Shown here: one piece after another, positions 46,425 to 56,378 of the stretch
Layout of the letters: each line of letters starts with the position of its first letter
Numbering within the stretch: the stretch's first letter is position 1
Origin: a bacterium
GTDB lineage: Bacteria; Patescibacteriota; Patescibacteriia; UBA1558; GWA2-36-10
Reading direction: 5' to 3'
NCBI GenBank assembly: GCA_018653315.1
Contig: JABIAL010000007.1
Location: 11,348-75,347 of the forward strand
Length of the DNA stretch: 64,000 nucleotides
Translations under genes and position numbers: made by a program
Notes under the pieces: model-generated
Seen by the model: only the letters and a program-made list of their open reading frames with translations
Told to the model about the DNA's origin: nothing
Database searches by the model: none

Positions 46425-47830
46425 ATAATTGGCAAAATAAAAAAGTTTTAGTAATGGGTCTAGGCTTGCAGGGTGGAGGGTTTCAAGTTGTTAGTTGGCT
46501 TTTAAAACAAAAGGCACAAATTACAGTAACAGACTTGAAGACCAAGGCGCAGCTTAAGCTTACTTTAGATAAATTAGCCAAACTTAAAGGTTCTAAAAAT
46601 ATTCAATATGTTTTGGGTCAACATCGGGAAATAGATTTTGTGGATCAAGATTTAATTGTACAAAATCCAGGTGTACCACCACAATCAAAATATTTACAAA
46701 TTGCTCGTAAATTAAATATAAAAATAGTCAACGAGGCAACGATGTTTTTTGGTTTGTATGATGGGGATGTTATTGGTATTACTGGTACCCGTGGCAAATC
46801 AACAGTGTCTACTTTGTTGCATAAGATTTTAAAAACTAAAGTTTCAACTAACGTTGTGGCCGGAAACATTGCCACCACACCGATGTTTTCTATCTTAGAT
46901 AAATTAAAGAAAAATAGCTTGCCAGTTTTAGAATTGTCTAGTTGGCATTTAGAGAATTTGTTTGAGTATCAAAAATCGCCACACATTGCCGTAATTACTA
47001 ATATTTTAATTGATCATCTTAATCGTTATAAGAGTTTTACTGAGTACAAACAAGCTAAAATAGCAATTATCGCTAATCAAAATAAAAATGATTTTGCTAT
47101 TTTGAATGCTGATAATATTCATACTAAAAATTTAGCTAATAAAACTAAAGCTAAGGTTTTTTATTTTTCATTAAACAAAAAAGTAAAAGGAGTCTATTTG
47201 CAAGACGGTATTTTTTATTTTAATGATGGCCAGAAAATTAGTCGAGTAATGCTCAGTCAAAATGTTGGTATGATTGGTGAACATAATTTAGAGAATATAG
47301 CAGCAGCTATTTGTGTAGCCAAGATATTAAAGATTAGTAATAAAGATATTAAAAAAGTGGTTAGTAAATTTAAAAATCTTGAATATCGTTTACAGTCTTT
47401 AGGAAAATGGCAAGGGATAGAGATTTTTAATGATCCGACAGCTTCTACGCCTGATGCAACTTGTGCTGCTATTAATGCTATGGGTGATCAGAAAATTTTA
47501 TTAATTGCCGGTGGTGAAGATAAAGTTTTGGATTATACAGCTTTAGCTAAATTAATTAAACAAAAAGTAGATAAATTAATTTTATTTCCAGGATCTGGAA
47601 GTAAAAAGTTGTTGATTGAATTAAAAAAAGTCAAATATCCCAATGATCGCATAAGTATTGATATAAAAAATTTGCCATTAGCTTGGAGTATGGCACAAAA
47701 ATATGGTCAAGATATTGAGGTTATCTTATTTTCTCCAGCTGCAGCAAGTTTTAATATGTTTATCAATGAATTTGAACGGGCAAAAGTATTTGAAGAATTA
47801 GTAAAAAATGCTAAGAAAAAAATCCGCTAG
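46418..47830 (+). CDS. murD: UDP-MurNAc-L-Ala-D-Glu ligase
   Basis: QNPGVP, GITGTRGKST, ELSSWHL, DHLNRY, FSPAAASF. Confidence 0.93.
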   Translation: MVNNWQNKKVLVMGLGLQGGGFQVVSWLLKQKAQITVTDLKTKAQLKLTLDKLAKLKGSKNIQYVLGQHREIDFVDQDLIVQNPGVPPQSKYLQIARKLNIKIVNEATMFFGLYDGDVIGITGTRGKSTVSTLLHKILKTKVSTNVVAGNIATTPMFSILDKLKKNSLPVLELSSWHLENLFEYQKSPHIAVITNILIDHLNRYKSFTEYKQAKIAIIANQNKNDFAILNADNIHTKNLANKTKAKVFYFSLNKKVKGVYLQDGIFYFNDGQKISRVMLSQNVGMIGEHNLENIAAAICVAKILKISNKDIKKVVSKFKNLEYRLQSLGKWQGIEIFNDPTASTPDATCAAINAMGDQKILLIAGGEDKVLDYTALAKLIKQKVDKLILFPGSGSKKLLIELKKVKYPNDRISIDIKNLPLAWSMAQKYGQDIEVILFSPAAASFNMFINEFERAKVFEELVKNAKKKIR

Positions 47831-48977
47831 AAACGGAATAAAAAAATGGTTATTAGCTCCTTTTTCAGTTGATCGTCAATCGCATCAGCCAGATTTTATT
47901 TTGTTGGCTGTAGTTGTCTTGCTCTTATTTCTTGGTTTGTTATTTTTATCTTCAGCATCTTCTTCATTAGCCTTTCATCAACGTGATCAAGATATTTATT
48001 TTTTTGTTAAACAACAAATTTTGCATGGTTTATTACCAGGTTTATTGTTGTTTTATATTACCTTGAGAACAAATTATCAAGTTTACCAAAAGTATTTTAA
48101 ATTATTTTTTATTATTTCCATTGTTTTGTTATTGCTAGTATTTATTCCAGGTTTACAATTAGAAGGAGCATCTGCTAAGTCTTGGATAAAATTAGGCAAT
48201 ATTTCCTTACAAACCAGTGAATTAGTTAAATTAAGTTTTATTTTATTTTTAGCGGCTTGGTTGTCTAAGACAGGCTTGAGTGTTAGAAACTGGCGTTTAG
48301 GAGCTTGGCCTTTTATTTCGTTTTTAGCTGTGATTGCAATATTGATCATTTTGCAACCAGACATAGGAACCTTGAGCATTATTATTTTAACTTCGTTGGC
48401 TATGTATTTTGTGGCTGGTGCTAGTTGGAAACATTTATCCGGTATTATAATGGCTGGATTATTTGGATTAGCATTAATGGTTAAGGCGGCGCCTTATAGA
48501 ATGAATCGTTTTCTAGCTTTTTTAGACCCAGAAAGAGATCCACTAGGCATTACTTATCAAATTAGACAAGCTTTAATTGCAGTTGGTTCTGGTGGTTTGT
48601 GGGGATTGGGCCTTGGTTATTCAAGACAAAAATTTAATTATTTACCAGAGCCAGCAGGGGATAGTGTTTTTGCTATTGTGTCTGAAGAGATTGGTTTTAT
48701 TTTCGTGACTTTATTTGTGCTTTTATTTGCTTTATTAATGATTAGAGGTTTTCATATTGTTCGGCATAGTACGGATAATTTTGCTAAATTAGTAGCTTTA
48801 GGCATTGTTGTTTGGTTATCAGCGCAAATATTTATAAACATTGCTAGTATCATTGGTTTATTGCCACTAACTGGTGTACCGTTGCCTTTTGTTTCTTTAG
48901 GTGGTACAAATTTATTAGTAACCTTATTGGGCATTGGTATTTTAGCTAATATATCAAGATTTACAGAAATAAAATAA
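47808..48977 (+). CDS. ftsW: SEDS peptidoglycan glycosyltransferase FtsW
   Basis: QTSELVK, LQPDIG, GSGGLWGLG, LPLTGVPLPFVSLGG. Confidence 0.93.
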   Translation: MLRKKSARNGIKKWLLAPFSVDRQSHQPDFILLAVVVLLLFLGLLFLSSASSSLAFHQRDQDIYFFVKQQILHGLLPGLLLFYITLRTNYQVYQKYFKLFFIISIVLLLLVFIPGLQLEGASAKSWIKLGNISLQTSELVKLSFILFLAAWLSKTGLSVRNWRLGAWPFISFLAVIAILIILQPDIGTLSIIILTSLAMYFVAGASWKHLSGIIMAGLFGLALMVKAAPYRMNRFLAFLDPERDPLGITYQIRQALIAVGSGGLWGLGLGYSRQKFNYLPEPAGDSVFAIVSEEIGFIFVTLFVLLFALLMIRGFHIVRHSTDNFAKLVALGIVVWLSAQIFINIASIIGLLPLTGVPLPFVSLGGTNLLVTLLGIGILANISRFTEIK

Positions 48978-48987
48978 ATATAATTAT

Positions 48988-50013
48988 ATGAAATTATCTA
49001 ATAAAATTTTTCGGCTAAGCTCAAGACGGGTCGGGTTTACTCTGGTAGAGCTTTTAGTAGTGATTGGTATAATGGTTATTTTGTCAGGAGTCACTTATGT
49101 TGGTGTTTCAGAGATTAGACAAACAATTAGAGATAGTAAGCGTAAAGCAGATTTACATCAATTAGCTAGAGCCTTAGAGCTATTTAAAACAGATTATGGT
49201 CAATATCCATCTAATAATCATTATAGCATGCAAGAATATACTGGTGTTGATTGGGAAGAGGGTGCCAACGAAACTATGATGCCATTTTTAGTAGAAGGGG
49301 GAGAATTAACGTTAATCCATGGAACCATCAGTGGTCCTGTGCCCGAAAACACCACAGTTCAAGGTGGTTATCTTGATGACTACATCAAAGATCCGATTAA
49401 CCAACTAAATAGTTGGGATGCAGGTGACGACGACGATAACGTAATTCATCATCATGTTTATTTGTATTGGGGCCCAACTTATTGGGTTTTCGATGTTACA
49501 GAGTGGGCCTTTCCTTGGCCACTTGATTGTTCATCGCCAACTGCACCACCACCCGATGATTGTGGTGAATTAAATCCAAATAATGAAGCGGCTATCAATT
49601 ATCAAAATTGGAATAACTGTTGTGACAGTGGTTGTTTTGATTGTACTTTTACTGAGCCTTACTTGAGCTGGAATACTACAAATCAATCTGGGTTTTCTGA
49701 TTGGTGTTATGGTATGGATAGCAATCGCGTGCTAGTCCTTTTAGCTGCTGATTTAGAGAATGAATCAAAGCCGGAGGAGAGGATTAATAATGTATTGTCT
49801 TTTTGTCCAACAGCTAGTGGCACGCTTGAAGAACAAGCCTTATTTTTTAATTTTAAAAGATATTTTTATAGAGGAAAAGATTGTTATGAAGGTCCAGGTG
49901 GTGGTGCTACAAGTGGTGCTAGTTGTGACGATGGTGGTGGTGATTGGTCTTCTTGGGGCGGTAATAGACATAATTATTTTGTTCCTTTGACAGGAGAATA
50001 TGATCTAAACTAA
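48988..50013 (+). CDS. Type IV pilin/T2SS-G-like protein with long Cys/Trp/Asp-rich C-terminal domain
   Basis: GFTLVELLVVIGI prepilin motif; RDSKRKADL...ALELFKTDYGQYP. Confidence 0.88.
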   Translation: MKLSNKIFRLSSRRVGFTLVELLVVIGIMVILSGVTYVGVSEIRQTIRDSKRKADLHQLARALELFKTDYGQYPSNNHYSMQEYTGVDWEEGANETMMPFLVEGGELTLIHGTISGPVPENTTVQGGYLDDYIKDPINQLNSWDAGDDDDNVIHHHVYLYWGPTYWVFDVTEWAFPWPLDCSSPTAPPPDDCGELNPNNEAAINYQNWNNCCDSGCFDCTFTEPYLSWNTTNQSGFSDWCYGMDSNRVLVLLAADLENESKPEERINNVLSFCPTASGTLEEQALFFNFKRYFYRGKDCYEGPGGGATSGASCDDGGGDWSSWGGNRHNYFVPLTGEYDLN

Positions 50014-51035
50014 TGAAACAAGATAAACATAAAAAAATATTATTAGTTGGTGGCGGAACCCTGGGCTCTGTTAGCCCACTTTTGGCTGTAGCAAATAAAT
50101 ATTCGGCTGATTATTTATTTATCGGTAGTCATCAGGGGCCAGAAAAAAATATGGTTGAAGCTGCTGGTTTAGAATTTAAGTCAATTAGCAGTGGGAAATT
50201 ACGTCGTTATTGGTCTTGGTCAAATTTTGTAGATTTATTTAAATTAAAATTAGCCTGGTGGCAAAGTATATTTTTGCTTGTTAAATTTAAGCCAGATATT
50301 GTATTGACTTCTGGAAGCTTTGTCGCTGTGCCAGTAGCTTGGGCTGCTTGGCTTTTGCGTATTCCCGTCATTGTTCATCAACAAGACATTGGAGTTGGTT
50401 TGGCAAATAAATTAATGGCGCCGGTTGCCAAAAAAATATCTGTTACTTTTGCTGCTAGCAAAAATTTATTTAAAGCCAATAAAGTTGTGGTGACTGGTAA
50501 TCCAGTGAGAGTGGATAATAAAAAAACCACTGATCAGCCAACTATTGTTATTACTGGTGGAGGATTAGGGGCCAGAGATTTTAATCAATTTTTAGCAGAA
50601 TTTATTCCACGGCTTACAGAAACCCATAAAATTCATCATATTTTAGGAACTAAAAATTATGATCAAGCTTTAGCTTTGCCAAATTATCAGCCTTACAAAT
50701 TTATTGAACAAGGAATGATAAATTTATTGGCTCAGGCTGATATTATTATTTCTAGAGCTGGACTTTCTTTAACTACTGAAGCAGCCGCGTTAAAAAAAGC
50801 ATTAATTATCATTCCTATTCCTGATAGTCACCAAGAAGATAATGCTAAATTTTTCGCTCAACATAATGCTGCCATTATGGTCAAACAGGGTAGTAGTCAA
50901 ATATTAGCTCGTTATTTAGATAAATTACTACCTAATAAAAAATTTCAGCAAGTTTTGGGTGAAAATTTATATAATTTATTTCCTAAAAATCCAGTTGACA
51001 AGTACATTAAATTAATAGAAGATGTGCTTAAATAA
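50013..51035 (+). CDS. murG: MurG transferase
   Basis: GGGTLGSV, GKLRRY, TGNPVR, SRAG, HQEDNA. Confidence 0.93.
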   Translation: MKQDKHKKILLVGGGTLGSVSPLLAVANKYSADYLFIGSHQGPEKNMVEAAGLEFKSISSGKLRRYWSWSNFVDLFKLKLAWWQSIFLLVKFKPDIVLTSGSFVAVPVAWAAWLLRIPVIVHQQDIGVGLANKLMAPVAKKISVTFAASKNLFKANKVVVTGNPVRVDNKKTTDQPTIVITGGGLGARDFNQFLAEFIPRLTETHKIHHILGTKNYDQALALPNYQPYKFIEQGMINLLAQADIIISRAGLSLTTEAAALKKALIIIPIPDSHQEDNAKFFAQHNAAIMVKQGSSQILARYLDKLLPNKKFQQVLGENLYNLFPKNPVDKYIKLIEDVLK

Positions 51036-51044
51036 GCAAAAATA

Positions 51045-52406
51045 ATGGATTTAGACTTAAATAAAGTAAATAAAGTTTATTTAGCTGGCGTTGGCGGCAT
51101 TGGTTTGTCTGCTATTGCCTATTATTTTTTGCATCAAAAAAAGGAAGTTGAGGGTTCTGATAGTATAAAATCTGAAGTCACTAAGCGTTTAGAAGACAAG
51201 GGGGTTTATATAAATTATACTCAAAAAGCAGATAATATTAGTAATAATATTAGTTTATTTGTTTATACTTCTGCTTTACCAGATGATCATCCAGAACTTG
51301 CAAAGGCTCGTGAATTAAATATTCCAGTTCTTAGTTACTTTGAGTTTTTGGGACATTTAAGTAAAAACTACAAAACCATTGCTGTCACCGGCACAAACGG
51401 TAAAACAACAACTACTGCTATGCTTGGTTTGATTTTAGAAAAAGCTGGTTTAGATCCTACGGTTATTGTTGGTAGTTTAGTACCGCAATGGAATAGTAAT
51501 TTTAGAGCAGGTAAATCTGACATTTTAGTAGTAGAAGCTTGTGAATGGCAGGCGCATATGTTAGAAATAAATCCGGATGTTATTGTACTAACTAATATTG
51601 CGGAAGATCATTTAGATTTTTACAAAGATTTAGATGATATTAAAGATCACTTTCAAAAATTTGTTGATAAATTACCAAAAGATGGAATTTTGATTAAAAA
51701 TCGGGATGATAAAAATAGCGCAGATATTAAATCTAAAAATATTTTGACTTTTGGTCAGCAGCAAGCTGATTATTTATTTAGTGATTTACAAATAGAGCCA
51801 GGTAAACAAAATTTTGAGATTAATAAAAAAGGCGCTGACAAAATGCAATTTTCTCTTAATGCTCCAGGTTTATACAATGTATACAATGCTACTTCTGCTG
51901 TAGCGGCTGCTGGATATTTAGGTGTAAATAAACACCAGATTTGGAATGGCTTACATGAATTCAAAGGAACTTGGCGTAGATTTGAAAATTTGGGTAATTT
52001 TAAAACTAATATAGTTATTTCTGATTATGCTCATCATCCGGATGCAATAAAAGGCTTGTTAAAAGCGACTAAAGATTTTTATCCCGATCAGAAAATAATT
52101 AGCATATTCCAACCGCATCATCATAACAGAACCAAGACTTTGTTAGATGAGTTTGCTATTAGTTTTGATTTAGCAGATCATGTTATTATTTCAGAGATTT
52201 ATCAAGTTGGTGGCCGAGAAGATCAAGAACATGAAGATGTTAGTAGTCAAGACTTGATAAATAAAATGCAAAATTCACGGAAACATTATGCCAAAGATTT
52301 TGCCGCTGTAAAACAAATTATTCAAAAAATAAATCCAGTTGATTCAGTTTTACTGTTTATTGGTGCTGGAGATATTGACGATTTAGCTAGAGAGTTAATA
52401 GATTAA
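51045..52406 (+). CDS. murC: UDP-MurNAc-L-Ala ligase
   Basis: GVGGIGLS, GTNGKTTT, EDHLDFY, DYAHHP. Confidence 0.95.
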   Translation: MDLDLNKVNKVYLAGVGGIGLSAIAYYFLHQKKEVEGSDSIKSEVTKRLEDKGVYINYTQKADNISNNISLFVYTSALPDDHPELAKARELNIPVLSYFEFLGHLSKNYKTIAVTGTNGKTTTTAMLGLILEKAGLDPTVIVGSLVPQWNSNFRAGKSDILVVEACEWQAHMLEINPDVIVLTNIAEDHLDFYKDLDDIKDHFQKFVDKLPKDGILIKNRDDKNSADIKSKNILTFGQQQADYLFSDLQIEPGKQNFEINKKGADKMQFSLNAPGLYNVYNATSAVAAAGYLGVNKHQIWNGLHEFKGTWRRFENLGNFKTNIVISDYAHHPDAIKGLLKATKDFYPDQKIISIFQPHHHNRTKTLLDEFAISFDLADHVIISEIYQVGGREDQEHEDVSSQDLINKMQNSRKHYAKDFAAVKQIIQKINPVDSVLLFIGAGDIDDLARELID

Positions 52407-52409
52407 ATT

Positions 52410-53330
52410 ATGGACATCCAAAAAAATATTTCATTAGCTCAATATACTACTTTTAAAATAGGTGGTCCTGCTGAAAATTTTGTTATTGTAAAAAGTATTA
52501 AGGAAGTGCAAGAAGCAATTAGTTTTGCCAAAGAAAATAATTTAGAAATCTTTATTTTGGGTGGTGGTAGTAATTTACTAATATCTGATCATGGAATTAA
52601 AGGCTTAGTAATTAAATTAGATTTGCAAAATATAGAGTTTAGTAATACACAGGTGATTGTTGGTGCTGGAGTCAGTTTGGCTTTTTTAGCAAGTCAGGCA
52701 TTGGATCAAGGATTGATTGGTTTAGAATTTACAGCAGGTATTCCAGGCACAGTCGGCGGAGCAGTACGTGGCAATGCTGGTACTTTTGGTCAAGGAATGA
52801 ATGTTGTCGTTGTTGGTGTTAAATATTTAGATGAAAATTTTAAATATCAAGAAATGACTAATAAACAAGCTGGCTTTGCTTATCGACATAGTATTTTTAA
52901 AGAAAAGCCATACATTATTCTAGAAACAAGCTTGGGCTTGCAAATGGGTGATGTAGCCACAGCTAAAAAATTAATGGCCGAAAGATTAACAGCTAGACGT
53001 ACAAATCATCCAAATCAGGCGTCTGCTGGGTGTATTTTTAAGAATATTGATTTTTCTACAGTTGATATTGATGATTTAAGTAAACGAGGAATTGAGATTG
53101 ATAAATTTACTAAACATCAAAAAATACCAGCTGGATATCTGATTGAAAAAGTTGGCTTAAAAGGTAAAATTATTGGCGGTGCTCAAGTCTCAGAAAAGCA
53201 TGCTAATTATATTATCAATGTAGATCAGGCTAGTGCTGAGGATGTGATTATGCTAACTAGTCTGATAAAGCAGCAAGTTCGGGGTAAATATGGCGTTCAG
53301 TTAATGGAAGAAGTACAGTTTGTTATTTAA
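52410..53330 (+). CDS. murB: UDP-N-acetylenolpyruvoylglucosamine reductase
   Basis: TTFKIGGPA, GGGSNLL, GIPGTVGG, SAGCIFKN, KHANY. Confidence 0.96.
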   Translation: MDIQKNISLAQYTTFKIGGPAENFVIVKSIKEVQEAISFAKENNLEIFILGGGSNLLISDHGIKGLVIKLDLQNIEFSNTQVIVGAGVSLAFLASQALDQGLIGLEFTAGIPGTVGGAVRGNAGTFGQGMNVVVVGVKYLDENFKYQEMTNKQAGFAYRHSIFKEKPYIILETSLGLQMGDVATAKKLMAERLTARRTNHPNQASAGCIFKNIDFSTVDIDDLSKRGIEIDKFTKHQKIPAGYLIEKVGLKGKIIGGAQVSEKHANYIINVDQASAEDVIMLTSLIKQQVRGKYGVQLMEEVQFVI

Positions 53331-53333
53331 AAT

Positions 53334-53368
53334 AAAAAAGTCCCTGTCTGCGGATGCAAACAAGGACT
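53334..53368. terminator. Terminator between murB and the orphan cassette
   Basis: aaaaaagtccctgtctgc-ggat-gcaaacaaggact imperfect hairpin. Confidence 0.65.
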
Positions 53369-53392
53369 GAATTTCTTAAAAGAGCGAGGAGA

Positions 53393-54145
53393 TTATGAGG
53401 CAATCCTCTCGAAAACTTTTGGTTTTTGGGGGTTTTTGATGAAATAGATCGGGAAAAAGGCGATGAAGTAGATGATGGGCAAGGATATTCCAAAAGATAA
53501 TCCAATATCCACTGATTCAATTCTCCCGATAATGAATGTGAAAATAATCGCGCCAATTATCACGCCTATTGCAACAGTAATGGCTTCTTTGCCTTTTTGA
53601 GAGGTTCCCATGAATATCCCAAAAAGTATTCCTATAATTATACCAGTAATCGCCAAAACGATTACAAAAGTTTGGTTTTCTGGACTCAAGCCATTATGCC
53701 ATTCTATTACTTGATGTGAAAAGTAGCTGCCAATCATAATGGCAAACATCAGGCCGAGAAAGTAGGCGGCCCAGTTTCCAGGTATAGTTTTTCTTTCAAC
53801 ATGCCGAGTATCCCAAGGCTTGTAATGGGTTTTTATTAAGTAGGTTGGAAACAGGAAAACCATATAACTGGTCAAGAATACTAATGCTGCTGGCGAGCTA
53901 GCATGTATAGCCAAGACTGAACATACGATACCTGCGATGATACTGCCAGCTAAATTGCTTATAATAAAACCAAAGATTACACCGATAAGCGCACCGGTGA
54001 TTATGCCACCGAGTAGATCACTATACATTTCCATTCGGTTTACTCCCAGAGCATTGTACCATTCCAATGCCTGAGGTAAGAAGTAACCACCAAGAGCAAC
54101 GACAGCCATCAGGCTGATCAAATAAATAAACCATCTCTTAGACAT
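53393..54145 (-). CDS. Orphan membrane protein with internal duplication (two ~120-aa halves)
   Basis: Halves share ALEWYNALG/VIEWHNGLS and FPTYLIK/FPIYFIK; AGGAG SD. Confidence 0.75.
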   Translation of the reverse strand: MSKRWFIYLISLMAVVALGGYFLPQALEWYNALGVNRMEMYSDLLGGIITGALIGVIFGFIISNLAGSIIAGIVCSVLAIHASSPAALVFLTSYMVFLFPTYLIKTHYKPWDTRHVERKTIPGNWAAYFLGLMFAIMIGSYFSHQVIEWHNGLSPENQTFVIVLAITGIIIGILFGIFMGTSQKGKEAITVAIGVIIGAIIFTFIIGRIESVDIGLSFGISLPIIYFIAFFPIYFIKNPQKPKVFERIAS

Positions 54146-54184
54146 TTGTCTCTCCTAATTTTTAACGAACTTATTTAATATAGA

Positions 54185-54213
54185 AATATAGCATATATCT
54201 AGCATTTTGTCAA
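54185..54213 (-). promoter_or_regulatory. Cassette promoter TTGACA-17-TATATT with TGn
   Basis: Minus strand ttgacaaaatgctagatatatgctatatt. Confidence 0.75.
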
Positions 54214-54451
54214 GTAATCAATACAAGTTTGCAGATCAAGAATTATTTAAAAAGCCCGTTTTTATTGACTTTTTCATGATTATTTTAAAATAGTCAGTAA
54301 TCATAGGCAAAAATAGCCCCTTATGGGTTGACAAATCAAAAAAAATCCGTATAATTAAGGGGCGTAAATTTTAAATAAAGAAAAGTATAAAGCTAGATTT
54401 TTATATAGTAAAGACTATGTAATTAATTTATTTTTTATTATTCATTTGTTA

Positions 54452-54688
54452 ATGAGCGAAGATACTACCAAAGTAAATAAAAAAGGATTTTTAGAAGTAG
54501 GTGGGGAAATAATAGAATTATTGCCTAATGCCACTTTTAAGGTTGTTTTGGAAAATGATCAGGAAATTTTGGCTCATTTATCAGGTAAAATGAGAATGTA
54601 TAAAATTCGTATTTTACCAGGTGATAAAGTGACTATTGAATTAAGTCCATACGATATGACCAAGGGTCGAATTATTTTTAGAAAATAA
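54452..54688 (+). CDS. infA: Translation initiation factor IF-1
   Basis: [29 protein letters not shown]. Confidence 0.97.
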   Translation: MSEDTTKVNKKGFLEVGGEIIELLPNATFKVVLENDQEILAHLSGKMRMYKIRILPGDKVTIELSPYDMTKGRIIFRK

Positions 54689-54725
54689 CACGATTCTGAT
54701 AAAATTTAAAAAATAAGATTAATTT

Positions 54726-54751
54726 AGATTCTGAAACAAGTTCAGAATGAC
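54726..54751. repeat. REP-like hairpin between infA and rpmJ
   Basis: attctgaa-acaag-ttcagaat. Confidence 0.55.
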
Positions 54752-54759
54752 AAATCAAT

Positions 54760-54873
54760 ATGAAAGTAAGAGCTTCAGTAAAAAAAATGTGTAAAGATTG
54801 TAAAGTTACTCGTCGTAAAAATCGAGTAGTTTGTAATTGTAAAAATCCTAAACATAAACAAAGACAAGGTTAA
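54760..54873 (+). CDS. rpmJ: 50S ribosomal protein L36
   Basis: [37 protein letters not shown] (translated by hand). Confidence 0.98.
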   Translation: MKVRASVKKMCKDCKVTRRKNRVVCNCKNPKHKQRQG

Positions 54874-54907
54874 GTTTTTTTAACCTTATAAATTTAAACA
54901 AAATTTT

Positions 54908-55297
54908 ATGGCAAGAATTTCCGGAGTCAATATTCCTAACGACAAAAGAGCAGAAATAGCTTTAACTTATATCTATGGTGTTGGTTTAACAACCTCACAG
55001 AAGATTTTGAATTTACTGAAGATAGATAAAAATACTCGTGTTAAAGATATTTCGGAAGAAGATATTAACAGATTAAGACAAATAATTGAAAAAGATTTGA
55101 CGGTTGAAGGTGAATTACGTCGAACAAAGATATCTAATATTAAACGTTTGAAAGAAGTAAAGTCTTATCGTGGCTCACGTCATGCTAAGGGTTTACCAGC
55201 TAGGGGTCAACGTACTAAGACAAATTCACGTACAGTTAGAGGTAATAAAAGATTGACAATGGGTAGCGGAAAAACTAATGCTGCTCAGAAAACATAA
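54908..55297 (+). CDS. rpsM: 30S ribosomal protein S13
   Basis: MARISGVNIP, YRGSRH, RGQRTKTNSRT. Confidence 0.98.
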   Translation: MARISGVNIPNDKRAEIALTYIYGVGLTTSQKILNLLKIDKNTRVKDISEEDINRLRQIIEKDLTVEGELRRTKISNIKRLKEVKSYRGSRHAKGLPARGQRTKTNSRTVRGNKRLTMGSGKTNAAQKT

Positions 55298-55327
55298 TTA
55301 TATTTTTGAAATTCGTAGATTTGCAAT

Positions 55328-55711
55328 ATGAAAAAAATTGGTAAAAAAAAGAAATTAAAGAAAAAAGTAAGCCGTGGGCAAGCTCATATTCAGGCTACTT
55401 ATAATAACACTATCGTCAGTCTTACTGATGCTAATGGTAATATTATAGCTTGGTCTTCAGCCGGTGTTAATGGTTTTAAAGGACCAAAAAAAGCCACTCC
55501 TTATGCAGCTGGTATTATTGTTAAAAATGCAGCTGAAAAAGCTAAAGAATATGGTTTACAGGAAGTGGATGTATTTGTAAAAGGTGTTGGATCTGGCAGA
55601 GAGGCTGCTGTTCGTGCTTTACATGCAAATGGTATTACAGTGGCATCTATTAAGGATGTAACGCCAATTCCACACAATGGTTGTCGTCCTAAAAAAGTAA
55701 GAAGAGTATAA
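55328..55711 (+). CDS. rpsK: 30S ribosomal protein S11
   Basis: [27 protein letters not shown]. Confidence 0.98.
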   Translation: MKKIGKKKKLKKKVSRGQAHIQATYNNTIVSLTDANGNIIAWSSAGVNGFKGPKKATPYAAGIIVKNAAEKAKEYGLQEVDVFVKGVGSGREAAVRALHANGITVASIKDVTPIPHNGCRPKKVRRV

Positions 55712-55738
55712 TTTTAGATAATAAACAATTAATCAGAT

Positions 55739-56353
55739 ATGGGTAGAAATCTTAAACCAAAACATAGAGCTAGTCGTCGTTTTAATGAAAACGTGGCTGA
55801 TACAGTCAAATCTCCACTGGATAAGCGTCCTTATCCGGCTGGTCAACATGGTCCTAAAAAAACTTTTGCTAAAGTTTCTGAATATGGCCGTCAATTGTTA
55901 GCCAAACAAAAAGCTAAGGCTATTTATGGTTTATTGGAAAAACAATTTTCTTTGACTTTCAAAAAGGCACAAAAAATGCCAGGAGATATTGGTAAAAATT
56001 TATTGACTTTGTTAGAGTCTCGTTTGGATAATGTTATTTTCAGATCAGGACTAGCTAATACTCATCGTTTAGCACGTCAATTAGTTAATCATGGACATTT
56101 TGAAGTTGATGGTATAAAGACTGACATTCCTTCTTTTAAGGTAAAAGTTGGTCAGGTTATTAAAGTTAAACCAAATAAACTAAAAAAAACTTATTGGACA
56201 AATTTAACAGAGATTTTAGATAAAGTAGAAACTGCTAGCTGGTTAGTATTAGATAAAAAAGAGATGACTATTACTATTGCTGGTTTACCAAATGATGATG
56301 ATCTACCACAAAATATTCAAACAAATTTAATCGTTGAGTTTTACTCACGATAA
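55739..56353 (+). CDS. rpsD: 30S ribosomal protein S4
   Basis: GQHG, LESRLDNVIFR, ARQLVNHGH, IVEFYSR. Confidence 0.98.
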   Translation: MGRNLKPKHRASRRFNENVADTVKSPLDKRPYPAGQHGPKKTFAKVSEYGRQLLAKQKAKAIYGLLEKQFSLTFKKAQKMPGDIGKNLLTLLESRLDNVIFRSGLANTHRLARQLVNHGHFEVDGIKTDIPSFKVKVGQVIKVKPNKLKKTYWTNLTEILDKVETASWLVLDKKEMTITIAGLPNDDDLPQNIQTNLIVEFYSR

Positions 56354-56378
56354 TAAAATAAAAATTGAAAACAATTTT

